Shown in pieces: positions 12,723 through 24,355 of a stretch of DNA of 64,000 nucleotides. The stretch covers positions 6,742 through 70,741 of the forward strand of contig NW_021833574.1 of NCBI RefSeq assembly GCF_006345805.1. Direction: 5' to 3'. A program made the translations under genes and the position numbers. The stretch is from Octopus sinensis. Its lineage: Eukaryota. Positions within the stretch are counted from its first letter, which is position 1. Each line of letters opens with the position of its first letter. Under the pieces are notes generated by a model. That model ran no database searches. It was not told where the DNA came from and saw nothing but the letters and a program-made list of their open reading frames with translations.

Positions 12723-12885
12723 AAGCGCAGACGCGGCTGTGTGGTAAGAAGTTTGATTCTCAGTCACATGGTCCCGGGTTCAGTTCCACTGCGTGGCACC
12801 TTTGACAAGTGTCTTCTAGCCTCAGCCTGAACAAGGCTTCATAAATGGATTTGGCTGACGGAAACTGAAAGAAGCTCGTGGTGTA
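12723..12885 (+). mobile_element. SINE family B, 5' half, abutting U6
   Basis: AAGCGCAGACGCGGCTGTGTGGTAAG head followed by the core up to GACGGAAACTGAAAGAAGC. Confidence 0.85.
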
Positions 12886-12989
12886 TATATATGTATATAT
12901 TTTTTCCGTCCTTTTTTTCGTATACATTCGCTGCATTCTTCCAAGGAATGTAATGCTCTTTGCTTATTTCCCTTTGGGGTTGCCAGATT

Positions 12990-13395
12990 GGAGTAATCTA
13001 GAGTGCAACTAGCCGAAATTGCAAAGATAGTCTGGAACTCGACTGAGGATAGAAAACTCCGAATGATCCGTCTTTCTTTTCCTTGTATCTGGATATTTTA
13101 TTTTCCCTTTTTTCGTTTCACCTGTCTGGATGTTTTGCGTTCTTGTCCCATTTTTGTATTATATATATATATATATATACACTTTATTAAAAAGCAGCAA
13201 AAAATCACAAAATCTGTTACTCAGAGTTTCACGTTCCCGTTTATCGGAAAAACTGTCCGACGATGGAGAACGTAAAACTCTGAGTAACAGTTTTTGTGAT
13301 AATTTTGCTGCTTTTTGTTAAAGCATATTACTCTACCTCTGGTATTCGAGTACTATTTTTTCCACCTTGCTTTGCATCTATGTGATTACTCGGGT
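12990..13395. mobile_element. PLE-type terminal-repeat fragments including a fold-back (13182-13323)
   Basis: 13256-13395 is the reverse complement of 58499-58645, so it is a dispersed repeat. It carries a hammerhead-like CCGACGA...AAACTCTGAGTA motif. The PLE assignment is inference. Confidence 0.6.
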
Positions 13396-13444
13396 ATATA
13401 TATAATATATATATATATATAATATATATATATATATATACACA

Positions 13445-13800
13445 TATGTGTGTGTGTGTGTGTATGTTTGTCTATGCCTGTATTTCTCCTCCACCACCAC
13501 TTGACAACCGGCGTTGGTGTGTTTTTTGTACATGTGACTTAACAGTTCGGCACAAGAGACCGATAGAATAAGTACCAGGCTTAGAAAAAATAAGTACTTG
13601 AGTCGACTCGTTCGACTAAATTTTTTCAGTGCGGTGCCCCAGCATCGCCGCAGTCTAATGACAGAAACAAGAAAAAGAAAAGATAAAAGTCTGTTATAAA
13701 TAGGTGCCGGCGTGGCTGTGTGGTAAAAATTTTGCCTCCCAACCATGTGGTTCTGGATTCAATCCCACTGCATGGTCGCAGTGTTATGACTGAAAGAAGA
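13445..13800 (+). mobile_element. SINE family B: a 3' half followed by an internally deleted copy
   Basis: Tail domain at ~13490-13680, then a head fused to a tail end at ~13703-13800. Confidence 0.75.
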
Positions 13801-13986
13801 AAAGATAATTTATTTTTGTATCTTGCGCACGTGACCGGATTTCAATGACCAATCAGAGACCGAAGGGCATCACTGAAATCGTGTGTGACATGGGAGCGTC
13901 TGTGTAAATGAAGCGGGACAAAGACAGCATGCTTTAGTTTCGATCGGCACTTTCTGCCTGTTCACACACTATCCCCCCTCTCTCTC

Positions 13987-14042
<56 letters not shown>

Positions 14043-14072
14043 CACATATATATGTATGCACACGCACACACA

Positions 14073-14820
14073 CAGGCTGAGTCATTCTTTTACGGATACC
14101 TCTTTCAAGAGCTCTATCTTCTTCTAATACATTTTTCTTTTTCCTTCCTTTTCAGATAAATAATCTCAAACACCAGGTTGAGTCAGCAAATAGAACGACA
14201 CACAGTTATATTTGCTTTAAAAGCACAGCATAATGATACAGAGATAGCTCGCTTCCTGAAAGTTGCCTGATCCTTCGTTGTGAAGGTTCGAAAGGAGCTG
14301 GAAGCTGTTGATGGCGATCTAACATGCACAGGGTCCTAATACCAGCTGTATAAAAAGTCGAAGAAATAATCGATAAAACCCACCAGAAAGTTCAAACAAA
14401 GCCATTGCAAAGGATTCTGGGTTTCAGAATGTACCCTCAGAAGAGCTGTACATGAGAACAACCTGTACAAGTCTCGTTTGTGATGTGACAAGAAAGAACC
14501 GTTCGATCTGTGCAAAGCTAAAACGTTAAGAGGCTGGAATGCTTCTTTGAGAAAAACTTCGGTCAGGACCAAAAAGATAACCTGAAGGAACGACAGATGG
14601 GATTATGCAGAAACCCCAAAAAGTTTCCAGCGGTTATGTGTACTAAGTTTCCAGCGATTCTGATAGTTTGGGGAGTCGTCAGCAACGAGGGACATGTCAT
14701 ACCTTCTCACATAGGGCTTAAAAGTCAATGCCGTTGTCTATATAGAGGTGTTGGAGAAAGCTGCGTGGGGTTAAATAGATAGAATACGGAATGGAAAACG
14801 GTACGTCTTCCAACAGTCTT
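14073..14820 (+). pseudogene. Tc1/mariner transposase pseudogene (DD37D/maT-like), 3'-truncated
   Basis: Broken frames give an HTH (RHTVIFALKAQHNDTEIARFLKVA*SFVVKVRKEL), then EKNFGQDQKDN, TKFPAILIVWGVVSNEGHVIPSH, GLKVNAVVYIEVLE and RYVFQQ. It starts CAGGCTGAG (left TIR-like). Subfamily assignment is from recalled motif style. Confidence 0.85.
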
Positions 14821-14889
14821 GGACAATGGAAGCATGAATGTGTAGAATACTTGTTGTTTAAGTTGCTATATAATTGAAGTGGTTGTTGT

Positions 14890-15240
14890 AAAGGACTTGT
14901 TACAGATTAGATAATACAGTTCTATATTTAAGAGATGTTTCTCTTAATGTTTTTTTCCCAACGGTTGTAATGGATCTTCTCACAGACGAGGATATATCCT
15001 GCCCTTTCCGCTACTCTTCTAGCTTTATGTAAATCCACTGCTGTCATTATATTCAAGCCAGGTGGTATTAGCTTTGAGTTTCTACATCTACGCAGGAAAT
15101 TTAGATGGTTTGAAAGACGAGCTAGTTTTTGATGGAGTTTCTCTATATGTCTCCATTGAAGTCTAATGTCGGCTTCGTACCAATTCGAAAATACAGTTCT
15201 ATATTTAAGAGAACTTGTTACAGATGTCGCTGTTTTGCAG
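14890..15240 (-). mobile_element. Penelope-like element fragment (N-terminal ORF region)
   Basis: KLARLSNHLNFLRRCRNSKLIPPGLNI matches the HLxFLxxC...LIPxGL motif typical of PLE ORF N-termini. Confidence 0.7.
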
Positions 15241-15289
15241 TAAGGTGACTGTGTACAACGTATTGTGTTTGTCAAATTTGAATGGCAGG

Positions 15290-15640
15290 CAGAGGGCTAG
15301 CAGAATCCGTAACTAGTCGGGCAAAATGTTTACTGGTTTATCTTTTCTCATTTAAACATGCCAAGACTAATTTTGCTTTTCATCCTTTCAGGGTCGATAA
15401 AATAAGTACTAGTTAAACAGTGAGATGGGTGTAATGGACTGGCAGTCCCCCCCCCCCTCACCAACTCCAGGTCTTGTGACTATAATAAAAAGAATTCAAA
15501 TGCTGCTGTCGAGTTCAACTTTGCCTTCTGTACTCCCTGGAGTCTATTTGATAAAGTACCAGTTGATCCCCAGGGTCGATATAATCGACTAACTCGCTTC
15601 CACACAAATTTAGTGCCGTGCGCAGTTGTAGAAAGGATTA
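15290..15640 (+). mobile_element. Two degenerate SINE-A units
   Basis: Diverged TTTCATCCTTTCAGGGTCGATAAAATAAGTAC cores. Confidence 0.7.
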
Positions 15641-15654
15641 TATTTGAAAGGAAG

Positions 15655-15830
15655 GCAGTGAGCTGGTAGGAGTGGCTGTGGTGGTAAGAAGCTTGCTTCC
15701 CCTGCACATGGTTCCAGGTTCAGTCCTATTGCGTGGCACCTTGGGCAAGTGTCTTCTACTATAGCCTCGGGCCGACCAAAGCCTTGTGGGAGGATTTGGT
15801 AGACGGAAATTGGCAGCATGTGAACGACGG
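15655..15830 (+). mobile_element. SINE family B, 5' half
   Basis: GGAGTGGCTGTGGTGGTAAGAAGCTTGC head and core. Confidence 0.85.
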
Positions 15831-16265
15831 ATTCGGTGTATGTGTGTGTGTGTGTTTGTGTATGAATATATTGAAATGCAGAGTAGATAAAACAGTGGAC
15901 AACTGATGAAGGGATTGTTCTTAATGTTGCCGGTGTTGTTTTTCTCTTTGTTTCTTTCTTTGTTCGCAACAAAAGTTCGTTTTCCATATTGTTGTAATTC
16001 CTGTTCCTCTTATTCATGTTGTTTACGTTTTTTTTACGTCTTGTATCCATATACGCATGCTTATATACATATATATGTAAGTATGTAATATATGTATGTA
16101 TATATGCATATATATATATATATATATATACATACACACACGCACACGCACACACACACATATATACACTTACACATATACATACACACACGCACATATA
16201 TACTTATGTATATATATATATATATATATCTAATTATATAAATATATATATATATATACACACAC

Positions 16266-16310
<45 letters not shown>

Positions 16311-16943
16311 AGAGAGGGGGCTGTAACGGAAAGGCTCCAATTTTGAGTACTCACTGGAAATATTCACTGTTGAAATATTTATAAAACTATTCAAACAGTG
16401 AAAATATTTCAAATGAAAACCGGGCTCTGTTTCCCAGCTGCTGATGGGAGACAAGTAATTCTGAGCATTGAAATGTGAAGGTGTTCAGTTATAAAAGAAT
16501 ACTTTACATTTGCATCGAGTCCAGTAATTTGTCACTTACAAGTAACTCAACAGAGATTTATAGAGCTAGCTAGATCGGTATCTGTGCGCGCAGAAACATA
16601 CATTGTTCTATGAGTGTCTGTGAATGTGCGTGGAAAAACATTAAGCCTCCTAAATTTCGTATGAGGAATAAGGGTACAATTGACATTGTCAATTGTCGAG
16701 CAGGTGACAGGACGTCTTCTTCGATGTGAGAGGTTGTTGTAACACGGTCTTTCTGACATATTAAGTCTAGGAAAATTGATGAGCTCCATACTGAGATATC
16801 TCTCGCATAACTATCAACCACTCCTTGCCAACTAAACGCACGCGTACACACACAGACACACACACACATACACACACACACGAGATATCAAAATAGCTGC
16901 ATTCCTTTCATGATTTTATGAATTGCAACAAATAACATGATAC

Positions 16944-16980
<37 letters not shown>

Positions 16981-17198
16981 AAGGCGGCGAGCTGTTAGAA
17001 TCGTTAGCAGGCCGGACGAAATGCTTAGTGGCATATCAACCGCCTTTTACGTTCTAAGTTCAGAATTCCGCCGAGGTCGACTTTGCCTTTCATCCGTTCG
17101 GGGTCGATAAATCAAGTACCAATGAAATACTGGAGGTTGATGTAATTGACTAGTCACCTCCCATAAGTTTCAGGCTTTGGTGTTTTAGTAGAAAGGAT
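16981..17198 (+). mobile_element. SINE family A (tail type 2) running into (TTA)n
   Basis: AAGGCGGCGAGC head; tail GTAGAAAGGATTATTATT. Confidence 0.85.
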
Positions 17199-17218
17199 TA
17201 TTATTATTATTAGTATTA

Positions 17219-17251
<33 letters not shown>

Positions 17252-17267
17252 GTTATTATTATTATTG

Positions 17268-17515
17268 AGTGAGAGCAGTGCATGCCATCAAAGTGACACT
17301 GGGGTAAAACATACGAAGCCCAGTATACCCATCGTGACTACCCCGTCTGATAAGGGTACACCAGGCACATGCATCACAACACCATATGTGCGCGACCATG
17401 GTGATCTCATATCAAGATAAACGCACATGACCTTGCAGGTGGGGCCCAGTTAGAATTTTCTTCTGGTCGAGTAACCCATCCCGCTCAAAAGGTCCCTGAA
17501 TAAGGCTTGTTTCAG
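17268..17515. mobile_element. Probable dispersed repeat abutting the (TTA)n tract
   Basis: Sharp-edged complex sequence directly after the ~70-bp (TTA)n. It resembles a repeat I recall from octopus genomes, but it is single-copy here and cannot be confirmed in the window. Confidence 0.3.
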
Positions 17516-17679
17516 TTAACTGATAGATTCACATAAGGAGAAACGTCGAGATACCTTACATACGAACAAGAGGGGCCGCGTGGCTAAGACGTTCTCTTCG
17601 TACCCTCGAAACTTCAGATTCAATTTCACTGCATGCTGCCTGGTTAATTGCCATAAGTATAGCAATGTGAGGATGTACA

Positions 17680-17845
17680 GGTATGTATGTATGTATGTAT
17701 GTATGTATGTATGTATGTATGTATGTATGTATGTATGTATGTATGTATGCATGTATGTATGTATGTATATATATATGTGTATGAGGGTATATGTGTGTGT
17801 GTGCGAATGGATGGATGAATGAATGTATGTAAGTATGTATGTATT

Positions 17846-17927
<82 letters not shown>

Positions 17928-18020
17928 TAGACAGATAGATAGACAGACGGACAGATAGACAGATAGATAGACAGATAGACGGACTGACAGAAAGATAGAC
18001 AGGCAGGTAGACATACAGAC
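17680..18020. repeat. Compound (TATG)n/(GATA)n/(GACA)n microsatellite
   Basis: Seen directly. Confidence 0.9.
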
Positions 18021-18149
18021 AGAAAGATAAATTGAATAATTTGAGGACTCAGCTTGCTTGAGTACTTGTGAATCATTTACTATAAGTTTTCTTGAGTGGA
18101 CGGCAAGGCCTGCTTTGCTTCATGCCAGAAAACCATAATGACAGATAAG

Positions 18150-18385
18150 GTTTCTTATTTCTTTATTGCCCACAAGGACTAAACATAGAGAGGACAAACA
18201 AGGACAGACAAAGAGATTGAGTCGATTACATCGACCCCAGTGTGTAAATGGTACTTAATTTATCGACCCCGAAAGGATGAAAGGCAAAGTCGACCTCGGT
18301 GGAATTTGAACTCAGAACGTAACGGAAGACGAAATACCGCTAAGCATTTCGCCCGGCCTGCTAACGATTCTACCACCTCGCCACA
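18150..18385 (-). mobile_element. SINE family A (tail type 1)
   Basis: Reverse complement of the family A sequence. Confidence 0.9.
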
Positions 18386-18444
18386 TGACAGATAAGGTTT
18401 TGGTTTAGGGGAGCAGCGTTTTGCTAGCGTGCGTTCAAGCCTTA

Positions 18445-18484
<40 letters not shown>

Positions 18485-18486
18485 GT

Positions 18487-18885
18487 AGAGGCCATAGTAG
18501 AAGACACATGTCCAAGGTGCCACGCAGTGGGACTGAACGCGGAACCATGTGGTTGTATATATATATACAAATCTTTGTGAGTGGATTTGGCAGACAGAAA
18601 CTGAAAGAAGCCCGTCGTATATATGTATATATATATATGTGTGCGTGCGTGTGTGTGTGTGTGTGCGTGTGTGTAGGTATGTTTGTGTGTGTGTGTGTTT
18701 GTCCCCTCACCATCGCCTGGTAACCGATGTTGGTGTGTTTACGTCCCCGTAACTTAGCGGTTCGTCTAAGAGTCCGATAGAATAAGTACTAGGCTTACAA
18801 AGAATAAGTGCTGGGGTTGATGTGTTCGAGTAAAGGTGATGCTCCAGCATGGTCACAGTCAACATGACTGAAACAAATAAAAAAG
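18487..18885 (+). mobile_element. SINE family B with inverted 5' segment
   Basis: 18487-18555 is a head segment in minus orientation; 18570-18885 continues the element in plus orientation. Confidence 0.75.
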
Positions 18886-18904
18886 TGTGTATGAATGTAT
18901 GTAT

Positions 18905-19030
18905 ACTCTCTTTTACTCTTTTACTCTTTTACTTGTTTCAGTCATTTGACTGCGGCCATGCTGGAGCACCGCCTTTGGTCGACCCGGGGACTTATTCTTT
19001 GTAAGCCCAGTACTTATTCTATCGGTATGT
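18905..19030 (-). mobile_element. SINE family B, 3' end
   Basis: (CTCTTTTA)n tail then TTGTTTCAGTCATTTGACTGCGGCC. Confidence 0.85.
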
Positions 19031-20148
19031 ATGTATCTATGATAAAATAAGCTAAGATAAGATAAGATAGACAAGACAGATAAGGTAAATAAAAATGACA
19101 CGATACGAGAGATAAGAAAAATGAAAGATAGAGAAGATACAGGAAAAGAGATTGCTGATCTGCCATAGAAATATGAATGGTAAGAGATCAATCACTCGTA
19201 ATAATAGCGTTTGTGTATTTTGTGCAACGCAGTATAGAAAAGACAGAAATAGACAAAGTGAAATTTAACACTAAGGTAGATATTGATACAAGGGAGGGCG
19301 GGTGGTTACTGACACCACGCCCTTTCTCTATGCATGTATCTATTTATGCATTACATATATGTACACTCCTTCTCTCTCTTTCTCGCGCATTCTCTCTTTC
19401 TCTTTCTCTCTATCCATCTACCTACCTATATATATATATATATATATATATAGGAAACAAGGAAAATGCCACTTGTATTTGAACACTATACAAATATTCT
19501 TTTAAAAAAAAACTTTTCTTTTAATTTTTCTAAATGTAATTATTTAATTGTTACAGTTTAAAAAGCCTCAATGACTGAAACCGGTACTGAAATGTTATTT
19601 TATAAAATTATTTTAGCATTTTCTATCTTGACTTTTTTTCCATATATATATATATATATATATACATACATACACACGCGCAGATAGATTAGACAGAAAG
19701 AAAGACAGACAGACAGACAGTCAGAAAGAAAGAAATATGCAAATATATCTTTAACTAGGAATTTTTCCTCTGTCTACTTCATTATGATTTTCGATATTCT
19801 AAATGTGGTGTGGCTTGGCTGTTCTTCTGTAAGGAGAGCTGAAGTCAGCTTTGTAGCATTCAATCAGAAAAACATAAATCGTTTTACTTGAGCAAGTTGA
19901 GGTGAAATAGAACTGTTTTATAGTTTCTTGTGAAGTGACGTATTGATGTGAACAAAAACCTGATAGGTGCAAGCGCTGTTGTGAGGTTAAATGAGTTTGC
20001 TTCGTCATTCTGTACTTCCGGGTTCGGTCCTGTTCGTACGGCACGTTGGACAAGTCATTTACTTCTGGAATAGCTTCGAGGCGACCCAAGTGTTTTGTAA
20101 GTGAAGTAATGTCAATGGAAATGGCACGAAATCCTGTTGGATGAACCA

Positions 20149-20438
20149 CAGTAATCCCTCGCCTTATCGCAGTTCACATGTAAAGACCCTCGTTTGGTCC
20201 AACTTGAGATTCGATTTCTAATCTCAGGTAGGACCAAACGAAGTCTCTGTCTTTACACACCTACCGCGCACTCACTACATCGCGGATTTTTCTGGTTAAT
20301 ATACGTAAATTTATATCGCGGTCTCCTCACTATATCGCGGATTTCTGCGGCCGATAGGTATTTATATTTTTGTAGATTTAAATTATTTCCTGTGGGAGGT
20401 TTTCGAACGTAACACCCGCGATAGTCGAGGGATCACTA
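20149..20438. mobile_element. pogo/Tigger-like MITE
   Basis: Imperfect TIRs CAGTAATCCCTCGCCTTATCGC and GCGATAGTCGAGGGATCACTA, with TA on the right flank. Same TIR family as 27447-28077. Confidence 0.75.
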
Positions 20439-21078
20439 TACACCTATTTGAGGGACTTGATTGTTATCTAGTTTGACATCTCTTCACACTTGGCTTCTTG
20501 GATGCTTTTAGTGGACGCCCAGTTTGTTGCTGGCATTCGAGTGAAATTTGAACGGAATTTGGCACCAGCTTCTTACCGTGATAACTCAAGATAGTGCTTA
20601 TTTACCTCCACCCTGAGACCAGTCCAAGACACCCTAGAATAAGTTAGGGATGTTATTCGTCTTCTAATCAAGCCATAAAAATTTGTTCTATTCAGTCATA
20701 AGCCAACATTCATCAAGTAAACTTATGCTCAAATGCGGCATTCCAGCCATGGCTAATACTTTTATTGCTGTTTCTTTTTTTTTTTTTTTTGCCTAATGCC
20801 TTCACGTTTATTAGACAGTGGAATGTGATTTAAAGGGTGATTTTATGCTCCCTTATTTTTCTAGCAGGTCAAGCGGCTGCCTTGAGGCACACTTGTTAGT
20901 TCAGGCTTCTCATGCTCTTACTGCTATTGCTGTTGTTGTTTAACCCCAGGTTAGCCCTGATCGGTCAGATGGATATACAATCGTGAGCACGCAGACATTT
21001 GTTCCCGAATAGTGTACCTAGGACTACATTATCCGGTGTGTGTATTCACTGGCGTCGATTGCCAAAATGTATCCTTTG

Positions 21079-22190
21079 TAATCCTTTCTACTAAAGGCAC
21101 AGGGCCTGAAATTTGGGGGGAGGGGACTAGTCGATTATATCTACAACAGTATTCAACTGGTACTTATTTTATCGACTCCGAAAGGATGAAAAGCAAAGTC
21201 GACCTCAGTGGAATTTGAACTCAGATCGTAAAGACAGACGAAATATCGGTAAGCATCTTGCCTAACACGCTAACGATTCTGCCAGATCGCAGCCGTAATG
21301 GTAATCCTTTCTACTATGGGCACAAGGCTTGCAATTTCGGTGGGTAGGGGAGAAGGCCAGTCGATTACATTGACCCCCAGTGCGTAACTGGTACTTATTT
21401 CCTTGACCCCGAAAGGATGAAAGGCAAAGTCGACCCCTGCGGAATGTAAAAAGAACAAAAAGTTGAACGACACCAATAAGCATTTTTTTTTCCGGCGCGC
21501 AAACTATTCTGCCAGCTCGCCTCTCTGAATGTAACTTCAATAGTGAACTTATATATATGTGTGTATATATATATATATGTGTGTGTTTGTTCCTCTCTAC
21601 CGCTCGACAACCGGTATTGGTTGAATATCAGGAAACCTCAAATCCACTAAATACAAAAAAAGGCAGGGCTGTTGACGCCGATTTGAGCATTAAATAACTC
21701 ACTGTTACACACGCATTCACACACACAAACCAAACGACGTATAATCCTTTCTACTGGAAGCTCAAGGCCTCGAATTTTGGCCGAAGAGATTAAGTCGATT
21801 ACATCGACCCCAGTGCGTAAATGGTGCTAATTTTATCGACGCCGAAAGGATGAAAGGCAAAGCCAACCTCGGTGGAATTTGAACTCAGAACGTAGCAGCA
21901 GACGAAATAGCGCTAAGAATTTCGCCCGGCGTGCTAACGATTCTGCCAGCTCGCCAATTTGGCACTGATATAATCTTCTTTTCTGCTCTAGGCATAAGGC
22001 CCGAAATGATTGGGGAGGGAGCCAGTTGATTATATCGACCCCAGTATGCAACTGGTACTTGATTTATCGACCCCGAAAGGATGAAAAGCAAGGTCGACCT
22101 CGGCGGAATTTGAACTCAGAACGTAAAGACAGAGCAAATACTTCAAGCATTTCGCCCGGCGTGCTAACGATTATGCCAGCTCGCCGCCTT
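21079..22190 (-). mobile_element. Cluster of four co-oriented SINE-A copies (tail type 2)
   Basis: Units at ~21079-21295, 21301-21523, 21742-21957 and 21975-22190. Confidence 0.9.
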
Positions 22191-22623
22191 GAAACCTCTT
22201 ATAATAAAAACCAATTGTGTTTCTTATAATTTGACAATTTTCTGTTTTAAGGGTCAGGCTCTTTGGTAAACACTACAGCTTGCGCCTCCTCTTCATCCTC
22301 AGCACAACGTTCAACCATTTGAAGAAAATAACGCCTGTCAACTCAAAAGAAACAACATTTGAACGAGCTAACAAGGAAATCGCGATATAAACGACGATCT
22401 GTTAGAAACAACAGCCAAATCGTCGCGCAATTTATAACACTTAATATTTTTAGAAAAGAATATATTGAACAATATAGGCTTTGATACACTGTCAGAATAA
22501 AAGACGTGTTCTCCATGGCCGGAAGGGTAGACTTTGAACGTAGGTAAGCTCAATTAGGGCTCAACTAGGACTAAACTACAATAGAAGGGAAAACAATAAC
22601 GAGGACGGAGGCGTGATAGCGGT

Positions 22624-22943
22624 GACGGTAGACGACGGCAGGCGACGGTAGACGACGGCAGACGACGGTAGATGACGGCAGGCAACGGTAGATGACGGCA
22701 GGCGACGGTAAGCGACGGCAGATGACGGTAGATGACGGCAGACGACGGTATATGACGGCAGACGACGGTAGATGACGGCAGACGACGGTAGATGACGGCA
22801 GGCGACGGTAAGTGACGGCAGACGACGGTAGATGACGGCAGGCGACGGTAAGCGACGGCAGACGACGGTTGATGACGGCAGGCGACGGTAAGCGACGGCA
22901 GACGACGGTTGATGACGGCAGGCGACGGAAGACGATGGCAGAC
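22624..22943. repeat. GC-rich minisatellite, 16 x 20 bp (consensus GACGGTAGATGACGGCAGAC, 10-bp sub-period)
   Basis: Units counted directly, no indels. 22844-22883 and 22884-22923 are identical 40-mers. Confidence 0.95.
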
Positions 22944-23349
22944 AACAAAATGGCCACCTACTTAACACCTGTATCACACTCATCAAATATTGCCATAAAA
23001 CTAGCAAAATATTTAACATTATCTTATCGCCATTCCGCCCCCCTCTCTCTCTCTCTTCTCTCTCTCTATGTTTCTAAATCTGCAACTCTCCCTCTCTGTC
23101 CTTCACTTCTCCTTCTGTGCATTTGTTTATTCCTCTATCTCTCTATCCATCTCTCTTTGTTACTCGTCTTTATCGTTCCTATGCCGACCTCTGCTCCGAC
23201 GAAACGATAACGCATCACTGATAAGCGTTTAGGAGATTCATTTTACACATAACTGAAATAATTTACAAAACAATATTCCGCACAATCATTTATAGCCTCC
23301 CACAAATAAATAAACACTCACACACACACACACATATATATATATGTGT

Positions 23350-23386
<37 letters not shown>

Positions 23387-23390
23387 CATG

Positions 23391-23436
<46 letters not shown>

Positions 23437-23692
23437 TACAAAATTAGAGAATGGAGAAACATGCTTAAATCAATAAAACATCAACTATCCGATGATACCC
23501 AATCAATACTTTAATACACCATTACATATGAGTAAAGGCATTCAAAATATACAGTAATAGTAAAAGTAAAAAGACAAAGAGATATAAGTAAAAAATTTCA
23601 AATATAATATGTAATTAAATTGTTGGGTACCTATCTGGCAGTATATTGGATATATATTATCCCATGGTGGGTTGAATTCTCAACCCCTATCT

Positions 23693-23734
<42 letters not shown>

Positions 23735-24203
23735 TATATATACATATACATAACACACGCGCATACACACACACACGCACTTGCACGGCACACACACACA
23801 CACACACACACACGTACACGCTCGCACGCACGCACACAAACACACACACATAGACATATATACACACACACGCAAGCACGCACACACGCACACACTCATC
23901 AAAGACAGGAATGCATGGGATTTTATTTTTCCGAAAGTTCAAATTAAGGGAGGTTTGCTGCTATTATTAGCAACTTGAAATACAACGTGCAGGTACTTTT
24001 TTACGGTGGTAAAACACATTTTTCTGTCTGTTTGTCTCAGCAAGGGGAAGCTGCTGACCTCCCCTGTTCGAAGGTTATAATGGACACAGGTTTTTGTGTC
24101 ACATAGCTGGCTAGAGGCGATGGCCGCTTGGAGCTAATCAACGGCAGAATTCGTCCTATTTATCTAGACTGCCATGTTACGTTGGCGATAACTATTAATA
24201 CAT

Positions 24204-24234
<31 letters not shown>

Positions 24235-24355
24235 ATAAAAGGTGTGAAATTAATTAATTAGGGATAATTATCATGGTGTAATTAAATCTACTTGGGGCTT
24301 TTACATGCTGAATATATTATATATATAATAATATATATATATATATATATAGGTG

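Noticed and set aside
22624-22943. CRISPR-like appearance of the regular 20-bp repeat
   Set aside because: No unique spacers between repeats, no cas genes, eukaryotic context.
24022-24110. Plus-strand acceptor (TTTGTCTCAG) followed by GEAADLPCS, reminiscent of an Ig-domain strand
   Set aside because: No convincing donor, the frame stops within about 25 codons, and there is no other support.
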